64,000 bases of DNA, from the NCBI GenBank assembly GCA_964057225.1, contig OZ059898.1, positions 2,294,001 through 2,358,000 of the forward strand, written 5' to 3'. The stretch's first letter is position 1, and each line of letters begins with the position of its first letter. Source of the stretch: Auanema rhodensis. Lineage: Eukaryota; Animalia; Nematoda. A program made the position numbers and the translations under genes. Under the pieces are notes generated by a model, which saw nothing but the letters and a program-made list of their open reading frames with translations, made no database searches and had not been told where the DNA came from. Of this stretch, positions 42,301 through 57,000 are shown in pieces.

Positions 42301-45300
42301 TATCAGATTTGCGCTAGCTTAAAAATGCACCGAGATATCAACTGATATAAGTTCACACATATATCCTCGATTTTCACCCTGAAGAATTAATTTTTTCGTT
42401 GAATAACATTGTCCATCGTCTTTGCCTTGAAAAAAGGAATCTAGAAACATCTACTTTTTGCTAAATTATTTTGAAATTTTTCGAAAAAATTTTTGTCAAA
42501 ATGTTTTTGGAAGCAATGTTGAGTGTACATGGAAACTCAACATACACTAATGCATCATTTTTCAAACGATCATAACTAATTTTTGTATTAAGCGTTCTTC
42601 AATGTAGTATAGTGCATTCGATGCGGATTTTTAAGCTGCGTCGATCTGTGTTATCAGATTTGCGCTAGCTTAAAAATGCACCGAGATATCAACTGATATA
42701 AGTTCACACTTATATCCTCGATTTTCACCCTGAAGAATTAATTTTTTCGTTGAATAACATTGTCCATCGTCTTTGCCTTGAAAAATGGAATCTCAAAACA
42801 TCTACTTTTTGCTAAATTATTTTGAATTTTTTCGAAAAAATTTTTGTCAAAATGTTTTTGGAAGCAATGTTGAGTGTACATGGAAACTCAACATACACTA
42901 ATGCATCATTTTTCAAACGATCATAACTAATTTTTGTATTAAGCGGTCTTCAATGTAGTATAGTGCATTCGATGCGGATTTTTAAGCTGCGTCGATCTGT
43001 GTTATCAGATTTGCGCTAGCTTAAAAATGCACCGAGATATCAACTGATATAAGTTCACACATATATCCTCGATTTTCACCCTGAAGAATTAATTTTTTCG
43101 TTGAATAACATTGTCCATCGTCTTTGCCTTGAAAAAAGGAATCTAGAAACATCTACTTTTTGCTAAATTATTTTGAAATTTTTCGAAAAAATTTTTGTCA
43201 AAATGTTTTTGGAAGCAATGTTGAGTGTACATGGAAACTCAACATACACTAATGCATCATTTTTCAAACGATCATAACTAATTTTTGTATTAAGCGTTCT
43301 TCAATGTAGTATAGTGCATTCGATGCGGATTTTTAAGCTGCGTCGATCTGTGTTATCAGATTTGCGCTAGCTTAAAAATGCACCGAGATATCAACTGATA
43401 TAAGTTCATACTTATATCCTCGATTTTCACCCTGAAGAATTAATTTTTTCGTTGAATAACATTGTCCATCGTCTTTGCCTTGAAAAATGGAATCTCAAAA
43501 CATCTACTTTTTGCTAAATTATTTTGAATTTTTTCGAAAAAATTTTTGTCAAAATGTTTTTGGAAGCAATGTTGAGTGTACATGGAAACTCAACATACAC
43601 TAATGCATCATTTTTCAAACGATCATAACTAATTTTTGTATTAAGCGTTCTTCAATGTAGTATAGTGCATTCGATGCGGATTTTTAAGCTGCGTCGATCT
43701 GTGTTATCAGATTTGCGCTAGCTTAAAAATGCACCGAGATATCAACTGATATAAGTTCACACTTATATCCTCGATTTTCACCCTGAAGAATTAATTTTTT
43801 CGTTGAATAACATTGTCCATCGTCTTTGCCTTGAAAAATGGAATCTAAAAACATCTACTTTTTGCTAAATTATTTTGAATTTTTTCGAAAAAATTTTTGT
43901 CAAAATGTTTTTGGAAGCAATGTTGAGTGTACATGGAAACTCAACATACACTAATGCATCATTTTTCAAACGATCATAACTAATTTTTGTATTAAGCGGT
44001 CTTCAATGTAGTATAGTGCATTCGATGCGGATTTTTAAGCTGCGTCGATCTGTGTTATCAGATTTGCGCTAGCTTAAAAATGCACCGAGATATCAACTGA
44101 TATAAGTTCACACATATATCCTCGATTTTCACCCTGAAGAATTAATTTTTTCGTTGAATAACATTGTCCATCGTCTTTGCCTTGAAAAAAGGAATCTAGA
44201 AACATCTACTTTTTGCTAAATTATTTTGAAATTTTTCGAAAAAATTTTTGTCAAAATGTTTTTGGAAGCAATGTTGAGTGTGCATGGAAACTCAACATAC
44301 ACTAATGCATCATTTTTCAAACGATCATAACTAATTTTTGTATTAAGCGTTCTTCAATGTAGTATAGTGCATTCGATGCGGATTTTTAAGCTGCGTCGAT
44401 CTGTGTTATCAGATTTGCGCTAGCTTAAAAATGCACCGAGATATCAACTGATATAAGTTCACACTTATATCCTCGATTTTCACCCTGAAGAATTAATTTT
44501 TTCGTTGAATAACATTGTCCATCGTCTTTGCCTTGAAAAATGGAATCTAAAAACATCTACTTTTTGCTAAATTATTTTGAATTTTTTCGAAAAAATTTTT
44601 GTCAAAATGTTTTTGGAAGCAATGTTGAGTGTACATGGAAACTCAACATACACTAATGCATCATTTTTCAAACGATCATAACTAATTTTTGTATTAAGCG
44701 TTCTTCAATGTAGTATAGTGCATTCGATGCGGATTTTTAAGCTGCGTCAATCTGTGTTATCAGATTTGCGCTAGCTTAAAAATGCACCGAGATATCAACT
44801 GATATAAGTTCACACTTATATCCTCGATTTTCACCCTGAAGAATTAATTTTTTCGTTGAATAACATTGTCCATCGTCTTTGCCTTGAAAAATGGAATCTA
44901 AAAACATCTACTTTTTGCTAAATTATTTTGAATTTTTTCGAAAAAATTTTTGTCAAAATGTTTTTGGAAGCAATGTTGAGTGTACATGGAAACTCAACAT
45001 ACACTAATGCATCATTTTTCAAACGATCATAACTAATTTTTGTATTAAGCGTTCTTTAATGTAGTATAGTGCATTCGATGCGGATTTTTAAGCTGCGTCG
45101 ATCTGTGTTATCAGATTTGCGCTAGCTTAAAATTGCACCGAGATATCAACTGATATAAGTTCACACTTATATCCTCGATTTTCACCCTGAAGAATTAATT
45201 TTTTCGTTGAATAACATTGTCCATCGTCTTTGCCTTGAAAAATGGAATCTAAAAACATCTACTTTTTGCTAAATTATTTTGAATTTTTTCGAAAAAATTT

Positions 45301-48300
45301 TTGTCAAAATGTTTTTGGAAGCAATGTTGAGTGTACATGGAAACTCAACATACACTAATGCATCATTTTTCAAACGATCATAACTAATTTTTGTATTAAG
45401 CGTTCTTCAATGTAGTATAGTGCATTCGATGCGGATTTTTAAGCTGCGTCGATCTGTGTTATCAGATTTGCGCTAGCTTAAAAATGCACCGAGATATCAA
45501 CTGATATAAGTTCACACTTATATCCTCGATTTTCACCCTGAAGAATTAATTTTTTCGTTGAATAACATTGTCCATCGTCTTTGCCTTGAAAAATGGAATC
45601 TAAAAACATCTACTTTTTGCTAAATTATTTTGAATTTTTTCGAAAAAATTTTTGTCAAAATGTTTTTGGAAGCAATGTTGAGTGTACATGGAAACTCAAC
45701 ATACACTAATGCATCATTTTTCAAACGATCATAACTAATTTTTGTATTAAGCGGTCTTCAATGTAGTATAGTGCATTCGATGCGGATTTTTAAGCTGCGT
45801 CGATCTGTGTTATCAGATTTGCGCTAGCTTAAAAATGCACCGAGATATCAACTGATATAAGTTCACACATATATCCTCGATTTTCACCCTGAAGAATTAA
45901 TTTTTTCGTTGAATAACATTGTCCATCGTCTTTGCCTTGAAAAAAGGAATCTAGAAACATCTACTTTTTGCTAAATTATTTTGAAATTTTTCGAAAAAAT
46001 TTTTGTCAAAATGTTTTTGGAAGCAATGTTGAGTGTGCATGGAAACTCAACATACACTAATGCATCATTTTTCAAACGATCATAACTAATTTTTGTATTA
46101 AGCGTTCTTCAATGTAGTATAGTGCATTCGATGCGGATTTTTAAGCTGCGTCGATCTGTGTTATCAGATTTGCGCTAGCTTAAAAATGCACCGAGATATC
46201 AACTGATATAAGTTCACACTTATATCCTCGATTTTCACCCTGAAGAATTAATTTTTTCGTTGAATAACATTGTCCATCGTCTTTGCCTTGAAAAATGGAA
46301 TCTAAAAACATCTACTTTTTGCTAAATTATTTTGAATTTTTTCGAAAAAATTTTTGTCAAAATGTTTTTGGAAGCAATGTTGAGTGTACATGGAAACTCA
46401 ACATACACTAATGCATCATTTTTCAAACGATCATAACTAATTTTTGTATTAAGCGTTCTTCAATGTAGTATAGTGCATTCGATGCGGATTTTTAAGCTGC
46501 GTCAATCTGTGTTATCAGATTTGCGCTAGCTTAAAAATGCACCGAGATATCAACTGATATAAGTTCACACTTATATCCTCGATTTTCACCCTGAAGAATT
46601 AATTTTTTCGTTGAATAACATTGTCCATCGTCTTTGCCTTGAAAAATGGAATCTAAAAACATCTACTTTTTGCTAAATTATTTTGAATTTTTTCGAAAAA
46701 ATTTTTGTCAAAATGTTTTTGGAAGCAATGTTGAGTGTACATGGAAACTCAACATACACTAATGCATCATTTTTCAAACGATCATAACTAATTTTTGTAT
46801 TAAGCGTTCTTTAATGTAGTATAGTGCATTCGATGCGGATTTTTAAGCTGCGTCGATCTGTGTTATCAGATTTGCGCTAGCTTAAAATTGCACCGAGATA
46901 TCAACTGATATAAGTTCACACTTATATCCTCGATTTTCACCCTGAAGAATTAATTTTTTCGTTGAATAACATTGTCCATCGTCTTTGCCTTGAAAAATGG
47001 AATCTAAAAACATCTACTTTTTGCTAAATTATTTTGAATTTTTTCGAAAAAATTTTTGTCAAAATGTTTTTGGAAGCAATGTTGAGTGTACATGGAAACT
47101 CAACATACACTAATGCATCATTTTTCAAACGATCATAACTAATTTTTGTATTAAGCGGTCTTCAATGTAGTATAGTGCATTCGATGCGGATTTTTAAGCT
47201 GCGTCGATCTGTGTTATCAGATTTGCGCTAGCTTAAAAATGCACCGAGATATCAACTGATATAAGTTCACACATATATCCTCGATTTTCACCCTGAAGAA
47301 TTAATTTTTTCGTTGAATAACATTGTCCATCGTCTTTGCCTTGAAAAAAGGAATCTAGAAACATCTACTTTTTGCTAAATTATTTTGAAATTTTTCGAAA
47401 AAATTTTTGTCAAAATGTTTTTGGAAGCAATGTTGAGTGTACATGGAAACTCAACATACACTAATGCATCATTTTTCAAACGATCATAACTAATTTTTGT
47501 ATTAAGCGTTCTTCAATGTAGTATAGTGCATTCGATGCGGATTTTTAAGCTGCGTCGATCTGTGTTATCAGATTTGCGCTAGCTTAAAAATGCACCGAGA
47601 TATCAACTGATATAAGTTCACACTTATATCCTCGATTTTCACCCTGAAGAATTAATTTTTTCGTTGAATAACATTGTCCATCGTCTTTGCCTTGAAAAAT
47701 GGAATCTCAAAACATCTACTTTTTGCTAAATTATTTTGAATTTTTTCGAAAAAATTTTTGTCAAAATGTTTCTGGAAGCAATGTTGAGTGTACATGGAAA
47801 CTCAACATACACTAATGCATCATTTTTCAAACGATCATAACTAATTTTTGTATTAAGCGTTCTTCAATGTAGTATAGTGCATTCGATGCGGATTTTTAAG
47901 CTGCGTCGATCTGTGTTATCAGATTTGCGCTAGCTTAAAAATGCACCGAGATATCAACTGATATAAGTTCACACTTATATCCTCGATTTTCACCCTGAAG
48001 AATTAATTTTTTCGTTGAATAACATTGTCCATCGTCTTTGCCTTGAAAAATGGAATCTAAAAACATCTACTTTTTGCTAAATTATTTTGAATTTTTTCGA
48101 AAAAATTTTTGTCAAAATGTTTTTGGAAGCAATGTTGAGTGTACATGGAAACTCAACATACACTAATGCATCATTTTTCAAACGATCATAACTAATTTTT
48201 GTATTAAGCGGTCTTCAATGTAGTATAGTGCATTCGATGCGGATTTTTAAGCTGCGTCGATCTGTGTTATCAGATTTGCGCTAGCTTAAAAATGCACCGA

Positions 48301-48789
48301 GATATCAACTGATATAAGTTCACACATATATCCTCGATTTTCACCCTGAAGAATTAATTTTTTCGTTGAATAACATTGTCCATCGTCTTTGCCTTGAAAA
48401 AAGGAATCTAGAAACATCTACTTTTCGCTAAATTATTTTGAAATTTTTCGAAAAAATTTTTGTCAAAATGTTTTTGGAAGCAATGTTGAGTGTACATGGA
48501 AACTCAACATACACTAATGCATCATTTTTCAAACGATCATAACTAATTTTTGTATTAAGCGTTCTTCAATGTAGTATAGTGCATTCGATGCGGATTTTTA
48601 AGCTGCGTCGATCTGTGTTATCAGATTTGCGCTAGCTTAAAAATGCACCGAGATATCAACTGATATAAGTTCACACTTATATCCTCGATTTTCACCCTGA
48701 AGAATTAATTTTTTCGTTGAATAACATTGTCCATCGTCTTTGCCTTGAAAAATGGAATCTAAAAACATCTACTTTTTGCTGAATTATTT
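39313..48789. repeat. Haplotype domain C, expanded copy (monomers 113-139)
   Basis: Every monomer carries the ttCTt/gtCTt variant at 124-127. Markers are the same as 29485-31590, plus private A56G, G172A, A205T and A323C. Confidence 0.85.
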
Positions 48790-51597
48790 TGAAATTTTTC
48801 GAAAAAATTTTTGTCAAAATGTTTTTGGAAGCAATGTTGAGTGTACATGGAAACTCAACATACACTAATGCATCATTTTTCAAACGATTATAACTAATTT
48901 TTGTATTAAGCGGTCTTCAATGTAGTATAGTGCATTCGATGCGGATTTTTAAGCTGCGTCGATCTGTGTTATCAGATTTGCGCTAGCTTAAAAATGCACC
49001 GAGATATCAACTGATATAAGTTCACACTTATATCCTCGATTTTCACCCTGAAGAATTAATTTTTTCGTTGAATAACATTGTCCATCGTCTTTGCCTTGAA
49101 AAATGGAATCTAAAAACATCTACTTTTTGCTAAATTATTTTGAATTTTTTCGAAAAAATTTTTGTCAAAATGTTTTTGGAAGCAATGTTGAGTGTACATG
49201 GAAACTCAACATACACTAATGCATCATTTTTCAAACGATCATAACTAATTTTTGTATCAAGTGTTTCTCAATGTAGTATAGTGCATTCGATGCGGATTTT
49301 TAAGCTGCGTCGATCTGTGTTATCAGATTTGCGCTAGCTTAAAAATGCACCGAGATATCAACTGATATAAGTTCACACTTATATCCTCGATTTTCACCCT
49401 GAAGAATTAATTTTTTCGTTGAATAACATTGTCCATCGTCTTTGCCTTGAAAAATGAAATCTAAAAACATCTACTTTTTGCTAAATTATTTTGAAATTTT
49501 TCGAAACAATTTTTGTCAAAATGTTTTTGGAAGCAATGTTGAGTGTACATGGAAACTCAACATACACTAATGCATCATTTTTCAAACGATCATAACTAAT
49601 TTTTGTATCAAGTGTTTCTCAATGTAGTATAGTGCATTCGATGCGGATTTTTAAGCTGCGTCGATCTGTGTTATCAGATTTGCGCTAGCTTAAAAATGCA
49701 CCGAGATATCAACTGATATAAGTTCACACTTATATCCTCGATTTTCACCCTGAAGAATTAATTTTTTCGTTGAATAACATTGTCCATCGTCTTTGCCTTG
49801 AAAAATGAAATCTAAAAACATCTACTTTTTGCTAAATTATTTTGAAATTTTTCGAAACAATTTTTGTCAAAATGTTTTTGGAAGCAATGTTGAGTGTACA
49901 TGGAAACTCAACATACACTAATGCATCATTTTTCAAACGATTATAACTAATTTTTGTATCAAGCGTTTCTCAATGTAGTATAGTGCATTCGATGCGGATT
50001 TTTGAGCTGCGTCGATCTGTGTTATCAGATTTGCGCTAGCTTAAAAATGCACCGAGATATCAACTTTTATAAGTTCACACTTATATCCTCGATTTTCACC
50101 CTGAAGAATTAATTTTTTCGTTGAATAACATTGTCCATCGTCTTTGCCTTGAAAAATGGAATCTAAAAACATCTACTTTTTGCTGAATTATTTTGAAATT
50201 TTTCGAAAAAATTTTTGTCAAAATGTTTTTGGAAGCAATGTTGAGTGAACATGGAAACTCAACATACACTAATGCATCATTTTTCAAACGATTATAACTA
50301 ATTTTTGTATCAAGCGTTTCTCAATGTAGTATAGTGCATTCGATGCGGATTTTTTAGCTGCGTCGATCTGTGTTATCAGATTTGCGCTAGCTTAAAAATG
50401 CACCGAGATATCAACTTTTATAAGTTCACACTTATATCCTCGATTTTCACCCTGAAGAATTAATTTTTTCGTTGAATAACATTGTCCATCGTCTTTGCCT
50501 TGAAAAATGGAATCTAAAAACATCTACTTTTTGCTGAATTATTTTGAAATTTTTCGAAAAAATTTTTGTCAAAATGTTTTTGGAAGCAATGTTGAGTGTA
50601 CATGAAAACTCAACATACACTAATGCATCATTTTTCAAACGATCATAACTAATTTTTGTATTAAGCGTTTCTCAATGTAGTATAGTGCATTCGATGCGGA
50701 TTTTTAAGCTGCGTCGATCTGTGTTATCAGATTTGCGCTAGCTTAAAAATGCACCGAGATATCAACTGATATAAGTTCACACTTATATCCTCGATTTTCA
50801 CCCTGAAGAATTAATTTTTTCGTTGAATAACATTGTCCATCGTCTTTGCCTTGAAAAATGGAATCTAAAAACATCTACTTTTTGCTAAATTATTTTGAAT
50901 TTTTTCGAAAAAATTTTTGTCAAAATGTTTTTGGAAGCAATGTTGAGTGTACATGGAAACTCAACATACACTAATGCATCATTTTTCAAACGATCATAAC
51001 TAATTTTTGTATCAAGTGTTTCTCAATGTAGTATAGTGCATTCGATGCGGATTTTTAAGCTGCGTCGATCTGTGTTATCAGATTTGCGCTAGCTTAAAAA
51101 TGCACCGAGATATCAACTGATATAAGTTCACACTTATATCCTCGATTTTCACCCTGAAGAATTAATTTTTTCGTTGAATAACATTGTCCATCGTCTTTGC
51201 CTTGAAAAATGAAATCTAAAAACATCTACTTTTTGCTAAATTATTTTGAAATTTTTCGAAACAATTTTTGTCAAAATGTTTTTGGAAGCAATGTTGAGTG
51301 TACATGGAAACTCAACATACACTAATGCATCATTTTTCAAACGATCATAACTAATTTTTGTATCAAGTGTTTCTCAATGTAGTATAGTGCATTCGATGCG
51401 GATTTTTAAGCTGCGTCGATCTGTGTTATCAGATTTGCGCTAGCTTAAAAATGCACCGAGATATCAACTGATATAAGTTCACACTTATATCCTCGATTTT
51501 CACCCTGAAGAATTAATTTTTTCGTTGAATAACATTGTCCATCGTCTTCGCCTTGAAAAAAGGAATCTAAAAACATCTACTTTTTGCTAAATTATTT
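48790..51597. repeat. Haplotype domain D, second copy (monomers 140-147)
   Basis: A16C, G316A, A162G, GA224-225TT and C100T reappear. Confidence 0.75.
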
Positions 51598-54054
51598 TGA
51601 AATTTTTCGAAAAAATTTTTGTCAAAATGTTTTTGGAAGCAATGTTGAGTGTACATGAAAACTCAACATACACTAATGCATCATTTTTCAAACGATCATA
51701 ACTAATTTTTGTATTAAGCGTTTCTCAATGTAGTATAGTGCATTCGATGCGGATTTTTAAGCTGCGTCGATCTGTGTTATCAGATTTGCGCTAGCTTAAA
51801 AATGCACCGAGATATCAACTGATATAAGTTCACACTTATATCCTCGATTTTCACCCTGAAGAAATAATTTTTTCGTTGAATAACATTGTCCATCGTCTTT
51901 GCCTTGAAAAAAGGAATCTAAAAACATCTACTTTTTGCTAAATTATTTTGAAATTTTTCGAAAAAATTTTTGTCAAAATGTTTTTGGAAGCAATGTTGAG
52001 TGTACATGGAAACTCAACATACACTAATGCATCATTTTTCAAACGATCATAACTAATTTTTGTATTAAGCGTTTCTCAATGTAGTATAGTGCATTCGATG
52101 CGGATTTTTAAGCTGCGTCGATCTGTGTTATCAGATTTGCGCTAGCTGAAAAATGCACCGAGATATCAACTGATATAAGTTCACACTTATATCCTCGATT
52201 TTCACCCTGAAGAATTAATTTTTTCGTTGAATAACATTGTCTATCGTCTTTGCCTTGAAAAATGGAATCTAAAAACATCTACTTTTTGCTAAATTATTTT
52301 GAAATTTTTCGAAAAAATTTTTGTCAAAATGTTTTTGGAAGCAATGTTGAGTGTACATGGAAACTCAACATACACTAATGCATCATTTTTCAAACGATCA
52401 TAACTAATTTTTGTATTAAGCGTTTCTCAATGTAGTATAGTGCATTCGATGCGGATTTTTAAGCTGCGTCGATCTGTGTTATCAGATTTGCGCTAGCTTA
52501 AAAATGCACCGAGATATCAACTGATATAAGTTCACACTTATATCCTCGATTTTCACCCTGAAGAAATAATTTTTTCGTTGAATAACATTGTCCATCGTCT
52601 TTGCCTTGAAAAAAGGAATCTAAAAACATCTACTTTTTGCTAAATTATTTTGAAATTTTTCGAAAAAATTTTTGTCAAAATGTTTTTGGAAGCAATGTTG
52701 AGTGTACATGAAAACTCAACATACACTAATGCATCATTTTTCAAACGATCATAACTAATTTTTGTATTAAGCGTTTCTCAATGTAGTATAGTGCATTCGA
52801 TGCGGATTTTTAAGCTGCGTCGATCTGTGTTATCAGATTTGCGCTAGCTTAAAAATGCACCGAGATATCAACTGATATAAGTTCACACTTATATCCTCGA
52901 TTTTCACCCTGAAGAAATAATTTTTTCGTTGAATAACATTGTCCATCGTCTTTGCCTTGAAAAAAGGAATCTAAAAACATCTACTTTTTGCTAAATTATT
53001 TTGAAATTTTTCGAAAAAATTTTTGTCAAAATGTTTTTGGAAGCAATGTTGAGTGTACATGGAAACTCAACATACACTAATGCATCATTTTTCAAACGAT
53101 CATAACTAATTTTTGTATTAAGCGTTTCTCAATGTAGTATAGTGCATTCGATGCGGATTTTTAAGCTGCGTCGATCTGTGTTATCAGATTTGCGCTAGCT
53201 GAAAAATGCACCGAGATATCAACTGATATAAGTTCACACTTATATCCTCGATTTTCACCCTGAAGAATTAATTTTTTCGTTGAATAACATTGTCTATCGT
53301 CTTTGCCTTGAAAAATGGAATCTAAAAACATCTACTTTTTGCTAAATTATTTTGAAATTTTTTGAAAAAATTTTTGTCAAAATGTTTTTGGAAGCAATGT
53401 TGAGTGTACATGGAAACTCAACATACACTAATGCATCATTTTTCAAACGATCATAACTAATTTTTGTATTAAGCGTTTCTCAATGTAGTATAGTGCATTC
53501 GATGCGGATTTTTAAGCTGCGTCGATCTGTTTTATCAGATTTGCGCTAGCTTAAAAATGCACCGAGATATCAACTGATATAAGTTCACACATATATCCTC
53601 GATTTTCACCCTGAAGAAATAATTTTTTCGTTGAATAACATTGTCCATCGTCTTTGCCTTGAAAAAAGGAATCTAAAAACATCTACTTTTTGCTAAATTA
53701 TTTTGAAATTTTTCGTACCAATTTTTGTCAAAATGTTTTTGGAAGCAATGTTGAGTGTACATGAAAACTCAACATACACTAATGCATCATTTTTCAAACG
53801 ATCATAACTAATTTTTGTATTAAGCGGTCTTCAATGTAGTATAGTGCATTCGATGCGGATTTTTAAGCTGCGTCGATCTGTGTTATCAGATTTGCGCTAG
53901 CTTAAAAATGCACCGAGATATCAACTGATATAAGTTCACACTCATATCCTCGATTTTCACCCTGAAGAATTAATTTTTTCGTTGAATAACATTGTCCATC
54001 GTCTTTGCCTTGAAAAAAGGAATCTAAAAACATCTACTTTTTGCTAAATTATTT

Positions 54055-57000
54055 TGAATTTTTTCGAAAAAATTTTTGTCAAAATGTTTTTGGAAGCAAT
54101 GTTGAGTGTACATGGAAACTCAACATACACTAATGCATCATTTTTCAAACGATCATAACTAATTTTTGTATCAAGTGTTTCTCAATGTAGTATAGTGCAT
54201 TCGATGCGGATTTTTAAGCTGCGTCGATCTGTGTTATCAGATTTGCGCTAGCTTAAAAATGCACCGAGATATCAACTGATATAAGTTCACACATATATAC
54301 CCGATTTTCACCCTGAAGAATTAATTTTTTCGTTGAATAACATTGTCCATCGTCTTTGCCTTGAAAAAAGGAATCTAAAAACATCTACTTTTTGCTAAAT
54401 TATTTTGAAATTTTTCGAAAAAAATTTTGTCAAAATGTTTTTGGAAGCAATGTTGAGTGTACATGGAAACTCAACATACACTAATGCATCATTTTTCAAA
54501 CGATCATAACTAATTTTTGTATTAAGCGTTTCTCAATGTAGTATAGTGCATTCGATGCGGATTTTTAAGCTGCGTCGATCTGTGTTATCAGATTTGCGCT
54601 AGCTTAAAAATGCACCGAGATATCAACTGATATAAGTTCACACTTATATCCTCGATTTTCACCCTGAAGAATTAATTTTTTCGTTGAATAACATTGTCCA
54701 TCGTCTTTGCCTTGAAAAATGGAATCTAAAAACATCTACTTTTTGCTGAATTATTTTGAAATTTTTCGAAAAAATTTTTGTCAAAATGTTTTTGGAAGCA
54801 ATGTTGAGTGTACATGGAAACTCAACATACACTAATGCATCATTTTTCAAACGATCATAACTAATTTTTGTATCAAGTGTTTCTCAATGTAGTATAGTGC
54901 ATTCGATGCGGATTTTTAAGCTGCGTCGATCTGTGTTATCAGATTTGCGCTAGCTTAAAAATGCACCGAGATATCAACTGATATAAGTTCACACTTATAT
55001 CCTCGATTTTCACCCTGAAGAATTAATTTTTTCGTTGAATAACATTGTCCATCGTCTTTGCCTTGAAAAAAGGAATCTAAAAACATCTACTTTTTGCTAA
55101 ATTATTTTGAATTTTTTCGAAAAAATTTTTGTCAAAATGTTTTTGGAAGCAATGTTGAGTGTACATGGAAACTCAACATACACTAATGCATCATTTTTCA
55201 AACGATCATAACTAATTTTTGTATCAAGTGTTTCTCGATGTAGTATAGTGCATTCGATGCGGATTTTTAAGCTGCGTCGATCTGTGTTATCAGATTTGCG
55301 CTAGCTTAAAAATGCACCGAGATATCAACTGATATAAGTTCACACTTATATCCTCGATTTTCACCCTGAAGAATTAATTTTTTCGTTGAATAACATTGTC
55401 CATCGTCTTTGCCTTGAAAAATGAAATCTAAAAACATCTACTTTTTGCTAAATTATTTTGAAATTTTTCGAAAAAATTTTTGTCAAAATGTTTTTGGAAG
55501 CAATGTTGAGTGTACATGGAAACTCAACATACACTAATGCATCATTTTTCAAACGATCATAACTAATTTTTGTATCAAGTGTTTCTCAATGTAGTATAGT
55601 GCATTCGATGCGGATTTTTAAGCTGCGTCGATCTGTGTTATCAGATTTGCGCTAGCTTAAAAATGCACCGAGATATCAACTGATATAAGTTCACACATAT
55701 ATACCCGATTTTCACCCTGAAGAATTAATTTTTTCGTTGAATAACATTGTCCATCGTCTTTGCCTTGAAAAAAGGAATCTAAAAACATCTACTTTTTGCT
55801 AAATTATTTTGAAATTTTTCGAAAAAAATTTTGTCAAAATGTTTTTGGAAGCAATGTTGAGTGTACATGGAAACTCAACATACACTAATGCATCATTTTT
55901 CAAACGATCATAACTAATTTTTGTATTAAGCGTTTCTCAATGTAGTATAGTGCATTCGATGCGGATTTTTAAGCTGCGTCGATCTGTGTTATCAGATTTG
56001 CGCTAGCTTAAAAATGCACCGAGATATCAACTGATATAAGTTCACACTTATATCCTCGATTTTCACCCTGAAGAATTAATTTTTTCGTTGAATAACATTG
56101 TCCATCGTCTTTGCCTTGAAAAATGGAATCTAAAAACACCTACTTTTTGCTGAATTATTTTGAAATTTTTCGAAAAAATTTTTGTCAAAATGTTTTTGGA
56201 AGCAATGTTGAGTGTACATGGAAACTCAACATACACTAATGCATCATTTTTCAAACGATCATAACTAATTTTTGTATCAAGTGTTTCTCAATGTAGTATA
56301 GTGCATTCGATGCGGATTTTTAAGCTGCGTCGATCTGTGTTATCAGATTTGCGCTAGCTTAAAAATGCACCGAGATATCAACTGATATAAGTTCACACTT
56401 ATATCCCCGATTTTCACCCTGAAGAATTAATTTTTTCGTTGAATAACATTGTCCATCGTCTTTGCCTTGAAAAAAGGAATCTAAAAACATCTACTTTTTG
56501 CTAAATTATTTTGAATTTTTTCGAAAAAATTTTTGTCAAAATGTTTTTGGAAGCAATGTTGAGTGTACATGGAAACTCAACATACACTAATGCATCATTT
56601 TTCAAACGATCATAACTAATTTTTGTATCAAGTGTTTCTCAATGTAGTATAGTGCATTCGATGCGGATTTTTAAGCTGCGTCGATCTGTGTTATCAGATT
56701 TGCGCTAGCTTAAAAATGCACCGAGATATCAACTGATATAAGTTCACACTTATATCCTCGATTTTCACCCTGAAGAATTAATTTTTTCGTTGAATAACAT
56801 TGTCCATCGTCTTTGCCTTGAAAAATGAAATCTAAAAACATCTACTTTTTGCTAAATTATTTTGAAATTTTTCGAAAAAATTTTTGTCAAAATGTTTTTG
56901 GAAGCAATGTTGAGTGTACATGGAAACTCAACATACACTAATGCATCATTTTTCAAACGATCATAACTAATTTTTGTATCAAGTGTTTCTCAATGTAGTA

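Noticed and set aside
17804-56254. Ten copies of a 63-aa minus-strand ORF (MKNDALVYVEF...)
   Set aside because: It appears only where A343G turns a consensus TAG into CAG. It starts at TTG, spans the monomer junction, has K/F/I/N composition dictated by A/T tracts and shows no recognisable domain. About 95% of monomers have the stop, and monomer 102 has A343G but a second stop. Not a supported CDS.
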